Source: Felis catus (lineage: Eukaryota). From it: 64,000 nucleotides of DNA. Position 1 is the first letter of the stretch. Every line of letters starts with the position of its first letter. The position numbers were made by a program, and so were the translations under genes. Positions 11,914-23,766 of this stretch are shown here, piece after piece. The notes under the pieces were generated by a model that was not told the DNA's origin, made no database searches, and saw nothing but the letters and a program-made list of their open reading frames with translations. The stretch covers positions 24,242,001-24,306,000 of the forward strand of contig NC_058384.1 of NCBI RefSeq assembly GCF_018350175.1. Reading direction: 5' to 3'.

Positions 11914-12287
11914 TGTGTGAATTGGTTAGTGTTGGGTCTGCCAGTAGATAGGGTTGATTTCAGTCAATAACCACACTTGGAAAGAGACTTCTTATGACTG
12001 AGTTTCTACGATGTGACAGAGTACAGACAACTTACCTACCAGCTTGTTGTCTCCTCTCAACAAATACAACCCCAATTCAAACTGGCAAATAGATACATTC
12101 AGGGTAAGTATTTGCCCTCAGTTTTCCTAAAAGGAATTTCTGCCAACAATGGGTTCCTAGACATACTGAAGTATGTCTTTGCCTCAGTTCTTTGCCTCAG
12201 TAAGTGTGAGATAAAGAGCCTTCAGATTCTGGAGTTAGAAGATTTTGCTACTTGAACATCAATCATGAATAAAGATAAACTGAAAGA

Positions 12288-12443
12288 GGGGCACCTGAGT
12301 GGCTCAGTTCCAACACCTGCTCAGGTCACAACCATGCAGTTCATGAGTTCGAGCTCCACATCTGGCTCTGTGCTGACCGCTCAGAGCCTGGCGCCTGCTT
12401 CAGATTCTGTGTCTCCTTCTCTCTCTGCCCATCCCCCACTTGT

Positions 12444-12485
<42 letters not shown>

Positions 12486-12521
12486 AAAAAGCATCAAAAA
12501 TTTTTTAATAAGAAAAGATTA
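12288..12521 (+). mobile_element. Can-SINE
   Basis: 17-bp TSD AAAGATAAACTGAAAGA at 12271-12287 and 12522-12538; long (CT)n. Confidence 0.92.
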
Positions 12522-12755
12522 AAAGATAAACTGAAAGATAAACCTATAAGCCTCTCATGCATGATTAACTGAAATGAGAAATTATTCCAAGGACCGCTAC
12601 ATTATAGGTTCATATACAACCTAAACACACATTATTGAGTAAAGGAGGTGCGTGACCATCTCAAAGACCCAATAGGCCCAACGCCCCTCACCTTCTGACA
12701 CAGGGAGAGCCCTCTTCCAAGAAGAATGCTTGATAAAAAGTTTATAGAGCATGCA

Positions 12756-12935
12756 GCGGCACCTGGGTGGCTCAGTTGTTAACGTTTCAGCTCAGGTCAT
12801 AATCTCATGGTTCGTGAGTTCAAGCCTCGTGTCAGGCTCCGCACTAACAGCATGGAGTCTCATGGGAATTCTCTCTCTCCCCCTCTCTGCCCCTCCCCCC
12901 TTCTCTCTCTCAAAATAAATAAGTAAACTTAAAAA
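12756..12935 (+). mobile_element. Can-SINE
   Basis: Head GCACCTGGGTGGCTCAG; flanked by AAAAAGTTTATAGAG(C/A)ATG repeats. Confidence 0.9.
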
Positions 12936-13156
12936 AAAAAGTTTATAGAGAATGGGCATGAGAATGCACAGCAAAACTGTAGGCAAAACAGGGTTTGTTG
13001 CGGGGGCGGCTTGAGATGCTTCATTCTACAAGTGAGATGACGTCAGGGTTCCCCACACAATTAAAAACCCCTATTTGATTCCATTAAAAAACCCCACCGA
13101 ATTCATTCTCCGACTTCTACACGGGTAACCTGCCACGAGAAGCGACGTGTGCCCAC

Positions 13157-13271
13157 CTTTGTCCTCCGAGATGACCTGTACCAGCTCGTACTCCTCCGCT
13201 GGGTCCGAGTCCAGGTTGTGCTTCAGCATCGCCCTCTGGATCACGGCAGGGGTTTTATCCTGGCTCGTCAA
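13157..13271 (-). CDS. RGL1: RGL1 exon (~17), 115 nt, RA domain
   Basis: Acceptor TTTCAG|TTG, donor AAAG|GTGGGC; [38 protein letters not shown]. Confidence 0.96.
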
Positions 13272-13719
13272 CTGAAAAGACAATGGATGGGTTTCTAAGC
13301 ATTCGGCTTCATGAGAGCCCTCTTGACCCTCTTATTCTTGCTGCCTGTATCTTCCTGGGAGTAATGGCCCAGTGGAATGAGAACAGGACCAGGAGCCAGA
13401 AGCCCCGGGTTCTAGTTCTGGCTCCACCCTTAGTAGCCAAATGATGATGGGCCACTTACTCTCGCCATCACCTACTCCCTCAGTCAAGCGTCTTCCCTTA
13501 GTAAAACAGAACATGTTCCTTGCCTATCTCGTCCACACTGGTTGAGGTTCCAGTTGGGGGGCAGGGTGGAATAGGAGGGTACTGTGCAAAACGCATAACA
13601 TTTTTGGTTCTGGGCTAAAATCATCCTTACCTGTTGAGCTACTGCTATGGCACCAGGTTACAACCTGGAGGTTACAAATGACCGCAGTTCTGCACAAGGA
13701 TCATTTCAAAAAGCACAAG

Positions 13720-14365
13720 AGACTCCATGACCCAGCAATTTCACATGATCTCACATGATCTCCCAGATCACTCCATGATCTTAGCAATCTAGGTATTGAC
13801 CAGGAGAAATGAAAACCTATGTCTACAAAAGGACTTCTACACAAGTGTTCATAGCAGATTCACACCCGTAATAGCCCCCAGCTGGAATCAACCTGAACCC
13901 CCCTTGACAGGAGAGAACAGGGGAATAGACAGAGAGATTATAGTATATTTTTGCTAGAACACAACTTAGCAGTTATAAACTAATAACTGACACATGCAAC
14001 AATGTGGATGAATCTCAAAAACATCATGTTGCACAAAAAAAAAAAAAACCCAAACAAACAAAAAGCAAAAATAAAAAACTAGACACAAAAGATTACGTGG
14101 CACAGGAGACAATTCTTTGAAAAACAGGCAAAACTAATCTATGGCTTTAGAAAATTAACAATAACAAACCTTAACCTTCACTAGGGCTAAGGAGGGGAAC
14201 TGATTGGAAGGGACACAAGGGAATTTTGGTGGGGGGATGAAAAATGTTCTTTATTTAGATTTGGGGTGATGGTTATACAGATACAGGTAACTATTAAAAC
14301 CCAAAGAACTGAACACTTAAGATCTGTGTATGTAATTGCACATAAATTAGACTTCAATAAAAATA
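13720..14365 (+). mobile_element. Ancient L1 3' end (L1MC/L1ME-like)
   Basis: CCATGACCCAGCAATT, GAAATGAAAACCTATGT, TGGATGAATCTCAAAAACATCATG, ending in AATAAAAA. Confidence 0.8.
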
Positions 14366-15280
14366 AGCTCCTAGGTGTTCAAAAATAATAAATCTACCAT
14401 TTTTTAAGCCCAAGTAAAGCTTCTCCTCACCCCCAATTCTGACTTTCTCCCCTTTATCTCTGCACTTCAGCCAACTATTGGCAGGGTGCTTGGCGCAAGA
14501 GGAAAAGAGGTCTGACTTTTGTAACATCCCTTGAGTGATTTCTTTACATCAGAAAGAATCCACACAAACACACCACACAAATTATTGTTACTTAAAAATA
14601 AAAGCTATTCTCACCAGGAGGTAAGAGGAGAGACAGCCAGTCAATCAATCAACCAATCAATTTAAAAAAATAAAAGAAGACAACTGATTTCCTCCAGGAA
14701 ACTGTCTCTGAGAACTTGGAGATGGCAGGGCCTAGATGTCTCCCTCTGGTCCTGAAACAGCAGCTGATACTTGTGATTCAATAAACAACACGCATTACAA
14801 TGGGGTCCTTGTAAGCGACAAAGACCCTGTTCATTTGTCTGTTACCAAAACATCCGGCATACTCCTTTGCAAGGGAGAAATAGATGCACACAAAATTCTA
14901 AAAGCGGAAATATGTGTTTTGATAGCCTAAAAAAAATACTCCCACAGTTGGATTGAACTGGACCAGAAGCATGAAGTTAAAGAGAAAGGATCCCACTTTA
15001 ACTGGGGGGGTGGGGGGGGGTGGGAGAGTGGCGGATGTGGGGCTAAGGTGATTAACGTTGGGTTAAGTTGTCAACTTTAAACCTACCTAAGGAGAGAGCC
15101 AGGCTATCCTTATTTTCTTGACCTTAAACTTCCCCAAGTGTGTCCAGATGAGGATGGGATACGGCCAAGAGCTTTCCATGAGTGTTTATTACTCTGTCCC
15201 ATCCAATGTACTGAGTGGAGTGAAGGGTCACAATCAGTATCAACAGCTCAGTCATGCAGCCTTTGGTTGACATACTGAAC

Positions 15281-15562
15281 CAGCCCTGTCCAGTAGATCT
15301 ACATAATCTAGCAGACATATTAAAACAAGTTTTTCAAAAGGGAAATTAATTTTAATAACATACTTTATTTAATCCCTCACATCCAAAGTATGATTTCAGT
15401 ATATAATCCATACAAAAATTACTAATGAGAAATTCTTTCTTTCTTTTGTACTAAATCTTCAAAATCTGGTATATATTTTACACTCACAGTACATCTCCAT
15501 TTGGACTATTCCCATTTTAAATGCTCAATCGCCACATGTGGCTTGTGTACTGAATGGCACAG
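15281..15562. mobile_element. MER33-like hAT-Charlie DNA transposon
   Basis: CAGCCCTGTCCAGTAGA start, GAAATTAATTTTAATAA, AATGCTCAATCGCCACATGTGGCT near the end. Confidence 0.8.
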
Positions 15563-17453
15563 TATTGAATGACACTAGCGTGTCACCTTCATGTACCTTA
15601 AATAGAGAATGCAAAGAATTCCCTGTGCCTCTTCCCTGAGGTTAGCTTCCAGTACCACAGGGTTCGTTTGGACTATTTTTGAAAGAAAAGACTCCTGCAG
15701 CATGTAATCTTTTGTGTCTGGTTTCTTTAACGCAATGTGGCATTTTAGAGATCCATCCACGTGGCTGCATGTGTGCCACTTCTTAGCTTTTACTTCAGAG
15801 TCACTGCAGAGTTTCGAGGGGGGACTTCTCTGTCAGCATGTGTAAGAGAAGCCATGTGAAGAAGCCACACTGAAAATACGATAATAACACTGATGGCATG
15901 GCTTCTCGGTGGTTCTTTCACCATTCTCTCTCCCACTTGAGTTCTGTCTCTTCCTGCCCTCACTCCCTGTGTGACCCTGTCCACCCCGTGGGCTGGACGA
16001 CTCCCAGAACCAGCCTGGCACCAGCCCAGGTTTCTGCCCATCTTCTAGACAATGTCAGCTGGATGTCCTACTGACCCCTCCAGTGTAAGCATTCCCCAAA
16101 CCCTCCTCCTCCTCCAGTAGCTTGCATCTCACTTGGTAGGACCACCAACCACCAAGCTGCCTGGACAGCCTTTAGTTTTCCCTCTTCCTCATCCCCTCCA
16201 ATGGTAACCCAAAGCTGATGACTAAACTAATGGATTCTACAATTCTACCTCATAAAAATCTTTCAAAAATCCACATGGTCTCCAGCCACATGACTGTCGT
16301 TCAAGCCCTCATCATCTTCTACATGGAATATGACAGCAGCTTCCTAACTCACTTCCTCACCTCCCACTACCCCCCACCAGAGCACTGTCTCCACAATGTC
16401 AGCTACTTTTCCAGTGAACAAATCTGATTGCTACTTAAAAGCCTTCAATGAGATGCTACTGCCTGTAGGACACAAACTCCCTCATGAGGGCTGGAGGCCC
16501 TTTATGACCTGGTCTGACCTCTGTTAGAGAATATGGTAGATGTTGAACACTGCTTTATGATCTCCCTTTTGATCATAAGGTCCTCAAAGACAGAAACACC
16601 TCACTCGTCTCCCCATCCACAAAGCCTGGCCCCATGACAAGCACACATCCAACGTTCAAGAAATCTTTTGTTGATTCTATGGCTGCTTTAGGAAAGTTTT
16701 TCTTTGGAATGTTAGAAGATAGCATACAGGTCATGTTCAGAGCTGAGCTCATGAGCACTCCGTGTGCCCTCCAAGAAGGCAGGTGATAAAGATGGGAGTT
16801 GGGACCCACTGCAAATGACAGCCTGCTCTTCAGTGCATGAAGTGGCCTATAAACGAAGAAGTCACTTCCGGGAAATACACACCCAAGGTCATTACCAGGA
16901 GACACCTGTATGTATTCCAAAAGCCTGCCATTAATTCAAGACAGTTTTGAGAGTGTGTCAGAAACACGATTTTTACAAGAGGCTCAAAAAGGTCCGTCTC
17001 ATTTAATTTACAAACAGAGTTCCTTATGGACTCAAACTGTATTTCCAGCTTGATCATTCACTTTACTAAGTTTGATTCCACATGACTAAAGGAGAAAGAT
17101 TTGCCACCACGGAGCACACGGCTGAGAATGCACGGGAATTCTTTATAAATCCAGACATGTGGTTCCACGGGAAGACTTCCTAGAAGGCATGCAGGAATGG
17201 CATCTTCCCTGGGATATAGACATTCAGTTGTCCAAATTGACAGTTTTGAAAAAAGTGACACTGACCGGGATAAGTTTTAGCAATTTTTAAGATGTAAAAA
17301 CTGTATTTTATGGCCACTGCTGGTATGTAAATTTTTATATAAATATATTACTGGTGCATACGCAGGGAGATTTTGGTACATACTCATTTTGGGCAGATGC
17401 CTACATGATGCTAATATTGTACACACTTAGGGGTGTCGGTCCGAGGGCCTTAC

Positions 17454-17708
17454 CATGATGCTCTTGTACATGTTGCCATTGTTGTCCTCTATACTGATGC
17501 GGATTATGCAGGTGTCTTCGTTCTGTTGGTTGTAAATGGGAGGCAGCACTGTCGAGGTAATGGATGTCACAGAGACGGAGCGCTTGTGGATTTTGGGGTT
17601 GTTGTTGCAGGATGGAGGGGAGGAGAGGGGGTTTATTAAGGACGACATCCCTGAGGAAGTTGTGTCCATGGAATGGATAGAGGAACATGATGAGGAAGAC
17701 TCAGAGAG
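17454..17708 (-). CDS. RGL1: RGL1 exon (~16), 255 nt, Ser-rich linker and start of RA domain
   Basis: Acceptor TTCCAG|CTC, donor ATG|GTAAGG; LSESSSSCSS...YNQQNEDTCIIRISIEDNNGNMYKSIM. Confidence 0.96.
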
Positions 17709-17986
17709 CTGGAAGAGTAAACACACCCCAGAAGAACACAGATTAGAACCTTGGCCAATGGCGCGCTTCACAATTTTCAAAGCAGAGGTAGATGCTGGGA
17801 TGAATAAACTTCAATTACTTCCTCCACAACAGCTCACAGCACACACACACACACACATCTTGTCACTGGGGTAAGTATCCTGTTGGCAGATGCCTATCAG
17901 TGACTCAGTACTTGCCCTCTACATCCAGGTGAGGACGGATGCAAGGCAGTTCTCAAAATTCCCGTTTGCAGCTGCTTTTAAGGAAG

Positions 17987-18005
17987 TGACCAGCAGATGG
18001 CAGCA
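17987..18005 (+). promoter_or_regulatory. Candidate CTCF-binding site
   Basis: TGACCAGCAGATGGCAGCA fits the core CCASYAGRKGGCRS at all 14 positions; motif only, no occupancy data. Confidence 0.55.
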
Positions 18006-19745
18006 AATACCAGAAACTAGAGGCAACGTGGCCTCGAGGAGGAAGTCAGAAGCTTAACAAGGGCTGGAGGAAAGCCTTACTTACCAACAGCTTATCCAGT
18101 CCCATTGCCCTGAGTGGGAATGCTGCTTGACACGCCCACCACGATCTGTTTTCTATCACAGATTTTGTAGCAGGAGAAAAAGGTCTATACTTGTCGAAGT
18201 TTCTAAGATAAGGACCACAGATTCTACAGCTCTGCGTGGAACATTAGGCCCCTGGAGATCACCGGGCCCCAATCGCTTTCTGCTGTGAGGAACCTTAATC
18301 CAGAGAGAAAAGTACTGGCAGCACCATCATGACATACTCCCCAGTTACCTGACTCCCAAGACCAGGTTCACACGGCAAGCACATAGCCAAGGCCCAGTCT
18401 AAAGCTGATGAAAACGTGGTAAATGAACATAGTATACCACTACCTTGGTGATGTTTAGCACTGTGATGTGATGAGTTTGCATATATCTTATCTCACGTGG
18501 CTCTCCCAACTATCTTGTGAACAAAATGCAGAGCAGTATAAAGATAAGGGAAAAAAGATTCAGAGAAATAGAGCGACTTTCTCAAGGGAACACAGCCTAT
18601 GAGAAGCCCCATTACTTTCTACTTTTCTACTTTCTACTTTTAAGGAATGAGGTGCTTTTCCAATTAACTACAGTTACCATAAACTATGCAAGACTAATTA
18701 CCAAAGAAACAGGATGCCCAAATTCATTAGGTTGTGTTAAAAAACAAAAAAACAAACAAACAAACAAAAAACACCTAAATTGAATCACTTTAAATATCAA
18801 TTCTTATTGTGGAAAATTACAAATAATTTCTCAGAATGAGTTAAGCTAAATTGTTATATATATTATATAACAAATATTTCAGAAGTCATTTGAAAAATAA
18901 GTAACCTACTTATGTCTTTTATACCTGTCTACTTTTCCAAGGAAAAAGCATACAGAAACTTAGCATTCTGATGATCTAGCTTCCAAGTAAAATGGGGTTT
19001 ATCCTATTTTATTTCCTAAGGACTTCATCTTCCTATAGCATAACTTTACATTAAATTCTACTATATGATTAGTTTCATTAGAGCCAGCAAGCTGATTTGA
19101 CAACTCGGATATGTAGAAGTCTAACTGTGCTCTATAATATGGTTTAGTAACATTTTTTTGTCTATTTTCCCAAGTGAATCAACTTTGTGACTCAGTGTGA
19201 GGGCGAACTGATGGTGCATAATTTCAACAGCATCACTTTGCTTGAAGGTGCACCACACACAGTAGCCAAGAGGGTCCACTGTCCAGTTACTAGTTCAATT
19301 TTTTCACCTCCCTTTTCCTCTGTATGAATCCCCTTTCTTTCTGTTAGATTTTCCATAATTTTAATGACACTTAGGATTAAGATAAAGCTTTGAAGACGCC
19401 TGAGTTGCAGAAGCTCTAAACGGACCACCTGATGACTCCCCCTAAGGTCTTACTGAGAATTTGCTATGAGGAGAAAGTGTGAAAATAAATGTCTAGAAAC
19501 CATGATTGGGGGATGAAGTGACAGGAATGCTAAGTACACTTCACTGAACAGAGCAATCTCATAGAGCGCCACTGTGGAAGGCACGCGGGACACCTGAGGC
19601 TCAGGATCCAGAGTAGGGAGAGGCTGTGGAGGTCATCCAGGACCCGCTCTGCAGGGAGCGGGGGCACCAAGGCCTTTCCAGGTGACATTCAAGGATACTA
19701 CAGCCCAGCGCGTGCGTGCATCCAAGTCAATGATTCAGCTTTAAA

Positions 19746-19958
19746 ATTTTTTTTTTCAACGTTTATTTATTTTTGGGACAGAGAGAGACAGAGCATGAAC
19801 GGGGGAGGGGCAGAGAGAGAGGGAGACACAGAATCGGAAACAGGCTCCAGGCTCCTAGCCATCAGCCCAGAGCCTGACGTGGGGCTCGAACTCACGGACC
19901 ACGAGATCGTGACCTGGCTGAAGTCGGACGCTTAACCGACTGCGCCACCCAGGCGCCC
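19746..19958 (-). mobile_element. Can-SINE, young feline subfamily
   Basis: Perfect 17-bp TSD AATGATTCAGCTTTAAA at 19729-19745 and 19959-19975; shares the variants GGCGCAGTC, CAGCCAGG and TGGGCTGATGG with the 52072 copy. Confidence 0.95.
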
Positions 19959-20940
19959 AATGATTCAGCTTTAAACCAACAGAAATTCATGCCTCTGAGG
20001 ACGGTTCACCTGAAGAATAAAAATTCCTGACTTGTGCAAGAAATTAAGGCACCCGTGTGATAAGAGAGGAGGCAAGGGGTGTGCAAATGATACACACTTG
20101 GGCTGGCTACTGTGTAGTTTTAAGAGGGATGATCTGGACCTTTGCACATGTCCAGTGCACCAACAGGCATAAAGGTGATTCCACCCCCTTCCTGGACAGC
20201 GTGTGATGTACCTCTATTGTCACTTGTATGATGTCCACCATCAGAAAATGGGGCCACAAAGAATTAGAACCTGTCTAAAGGTGAAGAATGATACTTCACT
20301 CCAGATTTTGACAACTTCAAAGCTGCATCTCAAGCCATGGAGAATGATTACATCTCCGGTTTCAAAAATATGCATGGGAAAACGGAGAACAGACTCAAAG
20401 GTGTTTGCAGAGCTTTTCCTTCAATATCCGGAGGATGTGCCTCTGGATTTCAACATAGAAAGGTAAGATCCAGCTGGGGCAGCACCTGAGACATCTCAGC
20501 CTGATGAGTCCTGAGTATGATGTCCGTCCTAGATCGGCCACATTGTGACAAGGTCACTTGAGGGTTCCTCTACTGCTGTTGTTGTTGACAACACAATGTG
20601 AAACTGCACACTGATCCCCTTATAGAATGGCAGAAAAAAACAAAATGGGGGAATTCTTACCAACACTCTACCTCACTTGCTTACGCTTAAGCTAAGGGGC
20701 TAACAGTTGCTTACACAGCAAGTCTGGCTGGCCAAGAATCTCCCCCAGATGGTGCAAATGCTAGCCACATCACAGTTGATGTTTCTAATTCAAGCTTCTT
20801 CACCAACAGATTAAAGCAGATGTGTACAGAAGATTAAGACAAATCTTGTTCTTGTTCTTGTTGTTGCTATTTTTATTTCTTTATGAAGCCATGGAAAATG
20901 GAAACTCTATGGGAATTCTTTTATCACCTCTCAAAGTGTA

Positions 20941-21415
20941 CAATGGTAGATTGTATACTTGCTACCAATTCCTTACGCCCCTCTGAATCCATGTCCTTTG
21001 TTTGCCCTGTGACTCCACAGTTCCTCCCATTAGAAGGAGTCCCCTGCCTCACTTATTTACGTGAGATTTGGCCACATGATTTGCTTTGGGCAATAAAATG
21101 TTGGTATTATGACCAAAGTAAAGGCTTGATACATACCCATGGGGCTGGACTTGCTCTCTTGCTCATTTGTCTTAGCTTACTAACAATATGCCCTGGACAG
21201 CCTCATTATGCCAAGAAGAATGAGAGGAGCAGACCTGGACCAAACCCATGACCTAGGGCCAAGCCCAATGCACATCAGCCAACCAGCAGATACATGACAG
21301 AGAATAAATGGCTGTTGTTTTAAGTACTGAGTTTTGGAGTGGTTTGCTATGTAACATTATTGCGGTAAAAGCATGGCAAAGACAAAGTATGACACCAAGA
21401 GACAAGGCTGATACA
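20941..21415 (+). mobile_element. MLT1-type (ERVL-MaLR) solo LTR
   Basis: GATTTGCTTTGGGCAATAAAATG and AATAAATGGCTGTTGTTTTAAGTACTGAGTTTTGGAGTGGTTTGCTATG...GCTGATACA. Confidence 0.78.
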
Positions 21416-21747
21416 CCTCTGTCTCTTGACTTTGCGCTCCTTCTAAGAAAATCCTCTGAGTCCTAAATAAAGTATACCTCATGTTACAGGCCACAGTCCT
21501 TCAGTCACCTTTGGATCCAAGACAATGTTTCAAAGGCCAGATGAATACACCAATATGCTCACTATTTTTGGACCAGTTTCTATGAGAAATGGGTCCCTAG
21601 ATTGAACTCTACTTTGACAGCTCCTACAAACATGAATTTCAAACTACTGTACAGTGATACACTTGAAAACAGACATTCTCGTGTGGCAACCACTAAACTA
21701 CGTCAGGTGTCTACATTAGGACTTATGGGAAAGGAATGAGGGAATAC

Positions 21748-21934
21748 CTTTTTTTGAGGCTCATCCGGTGTGTCCATGGGGGTGATAGAGCCCTCCTCGG
21801 CCTCTGAGTGGTTTGACTCGCAGGACGACACGCTGACAGAGTCCATGCTTTCACCAGAGCTCCCACTGGCAGTGGACTTGGGCTGCTCTTTGGTGGGAGT
21901 GCTACTAGTAATCATGTCCGACCCCAGAAACAGT
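21748..21934 (-). CDS. RGL1: RGL1 exon (~15), 187 nt, Ser-rich linker
   Basis: Acceptor CTGCAG|A, donor AAG|GTATTC; LFLGSDMITSSTPTKEQPKSTASGSSGESMDSVSVSSCESNHSEAEEGSITPMDTPDEPQKK. Confidence 0.95.
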
Positions 21935-22191
21935 CTGCAGAACACATAAGGCCAGGCAGTTGTTTACAAATATGGAATCCATGATTTAGCAATAGTTTGT
22001 GCTAATTAACCCCTTGATTGTTTTGCCAATCTTGCATGCCCTGGCATGACTGGAAAACATTTCCTATAAAGTGTCTAATAGATCACAGTAAACATCTCAT
22101 CTGAATAGGTCATTTCCAACCTCAAAGAACACACAGATTGCTTAGCTGAATGAGAGGCCATATTAATCTGAAGTCTTTCACTTTTCCAAAG

Positions 22192-22458
22192 NNNNNNNNN
22201 NNNNNNNNNNNNNNNNNNNNNNNNNNNNNNNNNNNNNNNNNNNNNNNNNNNNNNNNNNNNNNNNNNNNNNNNNNNNNNNNNNNNNNNNNNNNNNNNNNNN
22301 NNNNNNNNNNNNNNNNNNNNNNNNNNNNNNNNNNNNNNNNNNNNNNNNNNNNNNNNNNNNNNNNNNNNNNNNNNNNNNNNNNNNNNNNNNNNNNNNNNNN
22401 NNNNNNNNNNNNNNNNNNNNNNNNNNNNNNNNNNNNNNNNNNNNNNNNNNNNNNNNNN
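22192..22458. other. Assembly gap (267 N) abutting an L1 fragment
   Basis: Run of N. Confidence 1.
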
Positions 22459-22602
22459 CATCACTGCTAGGAATTTACCCAAGGGATACAAGAGTGCTGA
22501 TGCATAGGGGCACTTGTACCACAATGTTTATAGCAGCACTTTCAACAATAGCCAAATTATGGAAAGAGCCTAAATGTCCATCAACTGATGAATGAATAAA
22601 AA
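22459..22602 (+). mobile_element. LINE-1 (carnivore-type) fragment from the 3' end of ORF2; 5' part hidden in the gap
   Basis: AATGTTTATAGCAGCACTTTCAACAATAGCCAAATTATGGAAAGAGCCTAAATGTCCATCAACTGATGAATG is typical L1 ORF2 C-terminal sequence. Confidence 0.88.
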
Positions 22603-22836
22603 CTCTTTTTAAAGTTGAGCTTGCAATACAGTAAGGAAAATCCCTACAGGCCATAAATGAAAAGGGAACTGAAAACCAGAAGTATGTGAGCTAACTCTGC
22701 AGCTGCTCTGAGTGGGGAGTGGGAGGTACCAATCTGGGGGAGCTAGGGACACGGGTTTTAACACACATACAGACCCAAAGATGAGGGCCTCTGTTTATAT
22801 AAGGTGGGGAGTTGAAATTGAAATCCCTTATAGAGC

Positions 22837-22916
22837 CAAGACCTTCAAAGAGCTATACCCTTAGTAAAAAGACGGGCAAGACCTGCAAAGAGCTATACCC
22901 TTAGTAAAAAGACGGG
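22837..22916. repeat. 40-bp tandem duplication (1 mismatch)
   Basis: CAAGACCT(T/G)CAAAGAGCTATACCCTTAGTAAAAAGACGGG x2. Confidence 0.95.
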
Positions 22917-23686
22917 CTAGAAAAATGTCTTCCTACTGGCACGGGAAGACAACAAGGAAGCTTATCTGTCTTGGCCTGAGCTTGGGTGAAAGAAAAATGT
23001 CTCCCCTAAAATCATGTGTTATCTTGGCCAGCACCTCACTCAACTTTGCTACCTATGCTATACTTTGCTACCTATACTTCTGTGCAAATCAGAATTAAAA
23101 AACATTTCTGGAGGAATACACCTTCAAACCAGGATGTAGAGGATTTTCTGATAAAGATGAGCTCATAACACAACATTACAAAAACATACAAGGAAACATC
23201 CCACCCAAAGGGAGTCAACAAACATTAGACTCTTGAGAACTTCAGATACAAGAACTGACAGAAAGAAACTAATACTTTATTCATTCATTTGACAAATGTT
23301 TGAGTGTCTACCACAGACCAGGCTATAAAATAAATATGTTTAAAATATTACAGACATAAGAAAAAAGGTTGAAAACAGGAGAGAAGAACAGGACATCCTG
23401 ACAAATCAACAGGAAGACAATTTGAAAAAAAATTCGCTTCTAGACTAAAAAATTCAGTGATTTAAAATAAAAACTCGGTGGCAGGATTAAAAAACTGTTT
23501 AAGAGAAGCACTGAAAACAAGATGACAGATCTGAAGAAAATTTTAAGAAATCAGCATCAAAATATAAAGACATGGAAAATAAGAAAGGTTAAAAGATGGA
23601 GACTGGAATAAGAAATGTTGACGTGTGTAAGAAGAATTCCAAGAGAAGACAATGAAGAGAATGGAAGAGTGACCTTATCTGAAGAG

Positions 23687-23766
23687 ATGGTGGGTGAGAA
23701 GATTCCAGAACTAATGAACTGCATGAATGGTGGGTGAGAAGATTCCAGAACTAATGAACTGCATGA
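23687..23766. repeat. Perfect 40-bp tandem duplication
   Basis: ATGGTGGGTGAGAAGATTCCAGAACTAATGAACTGCATGA x2. Confidence 0.95.

Noticed and set aside
13038-13045. Isolated CRE palindrome TGACGTCA; also GTCACGTGACTCA at about 40822-40834
   Set aside because: Single short motifs are expected by chance in 64 kb and have no supporting context.
15003-15024. G-tracts able to form quadruplexes (also about 23873-23899 and 55514-55528)
   Set aside because: Common, error-prone homopolymers in intron or repeat context with no evidence of function.
7230-22524. ORFs containing long X runs
   Set aside because: Artefacts of translating across N gaps.
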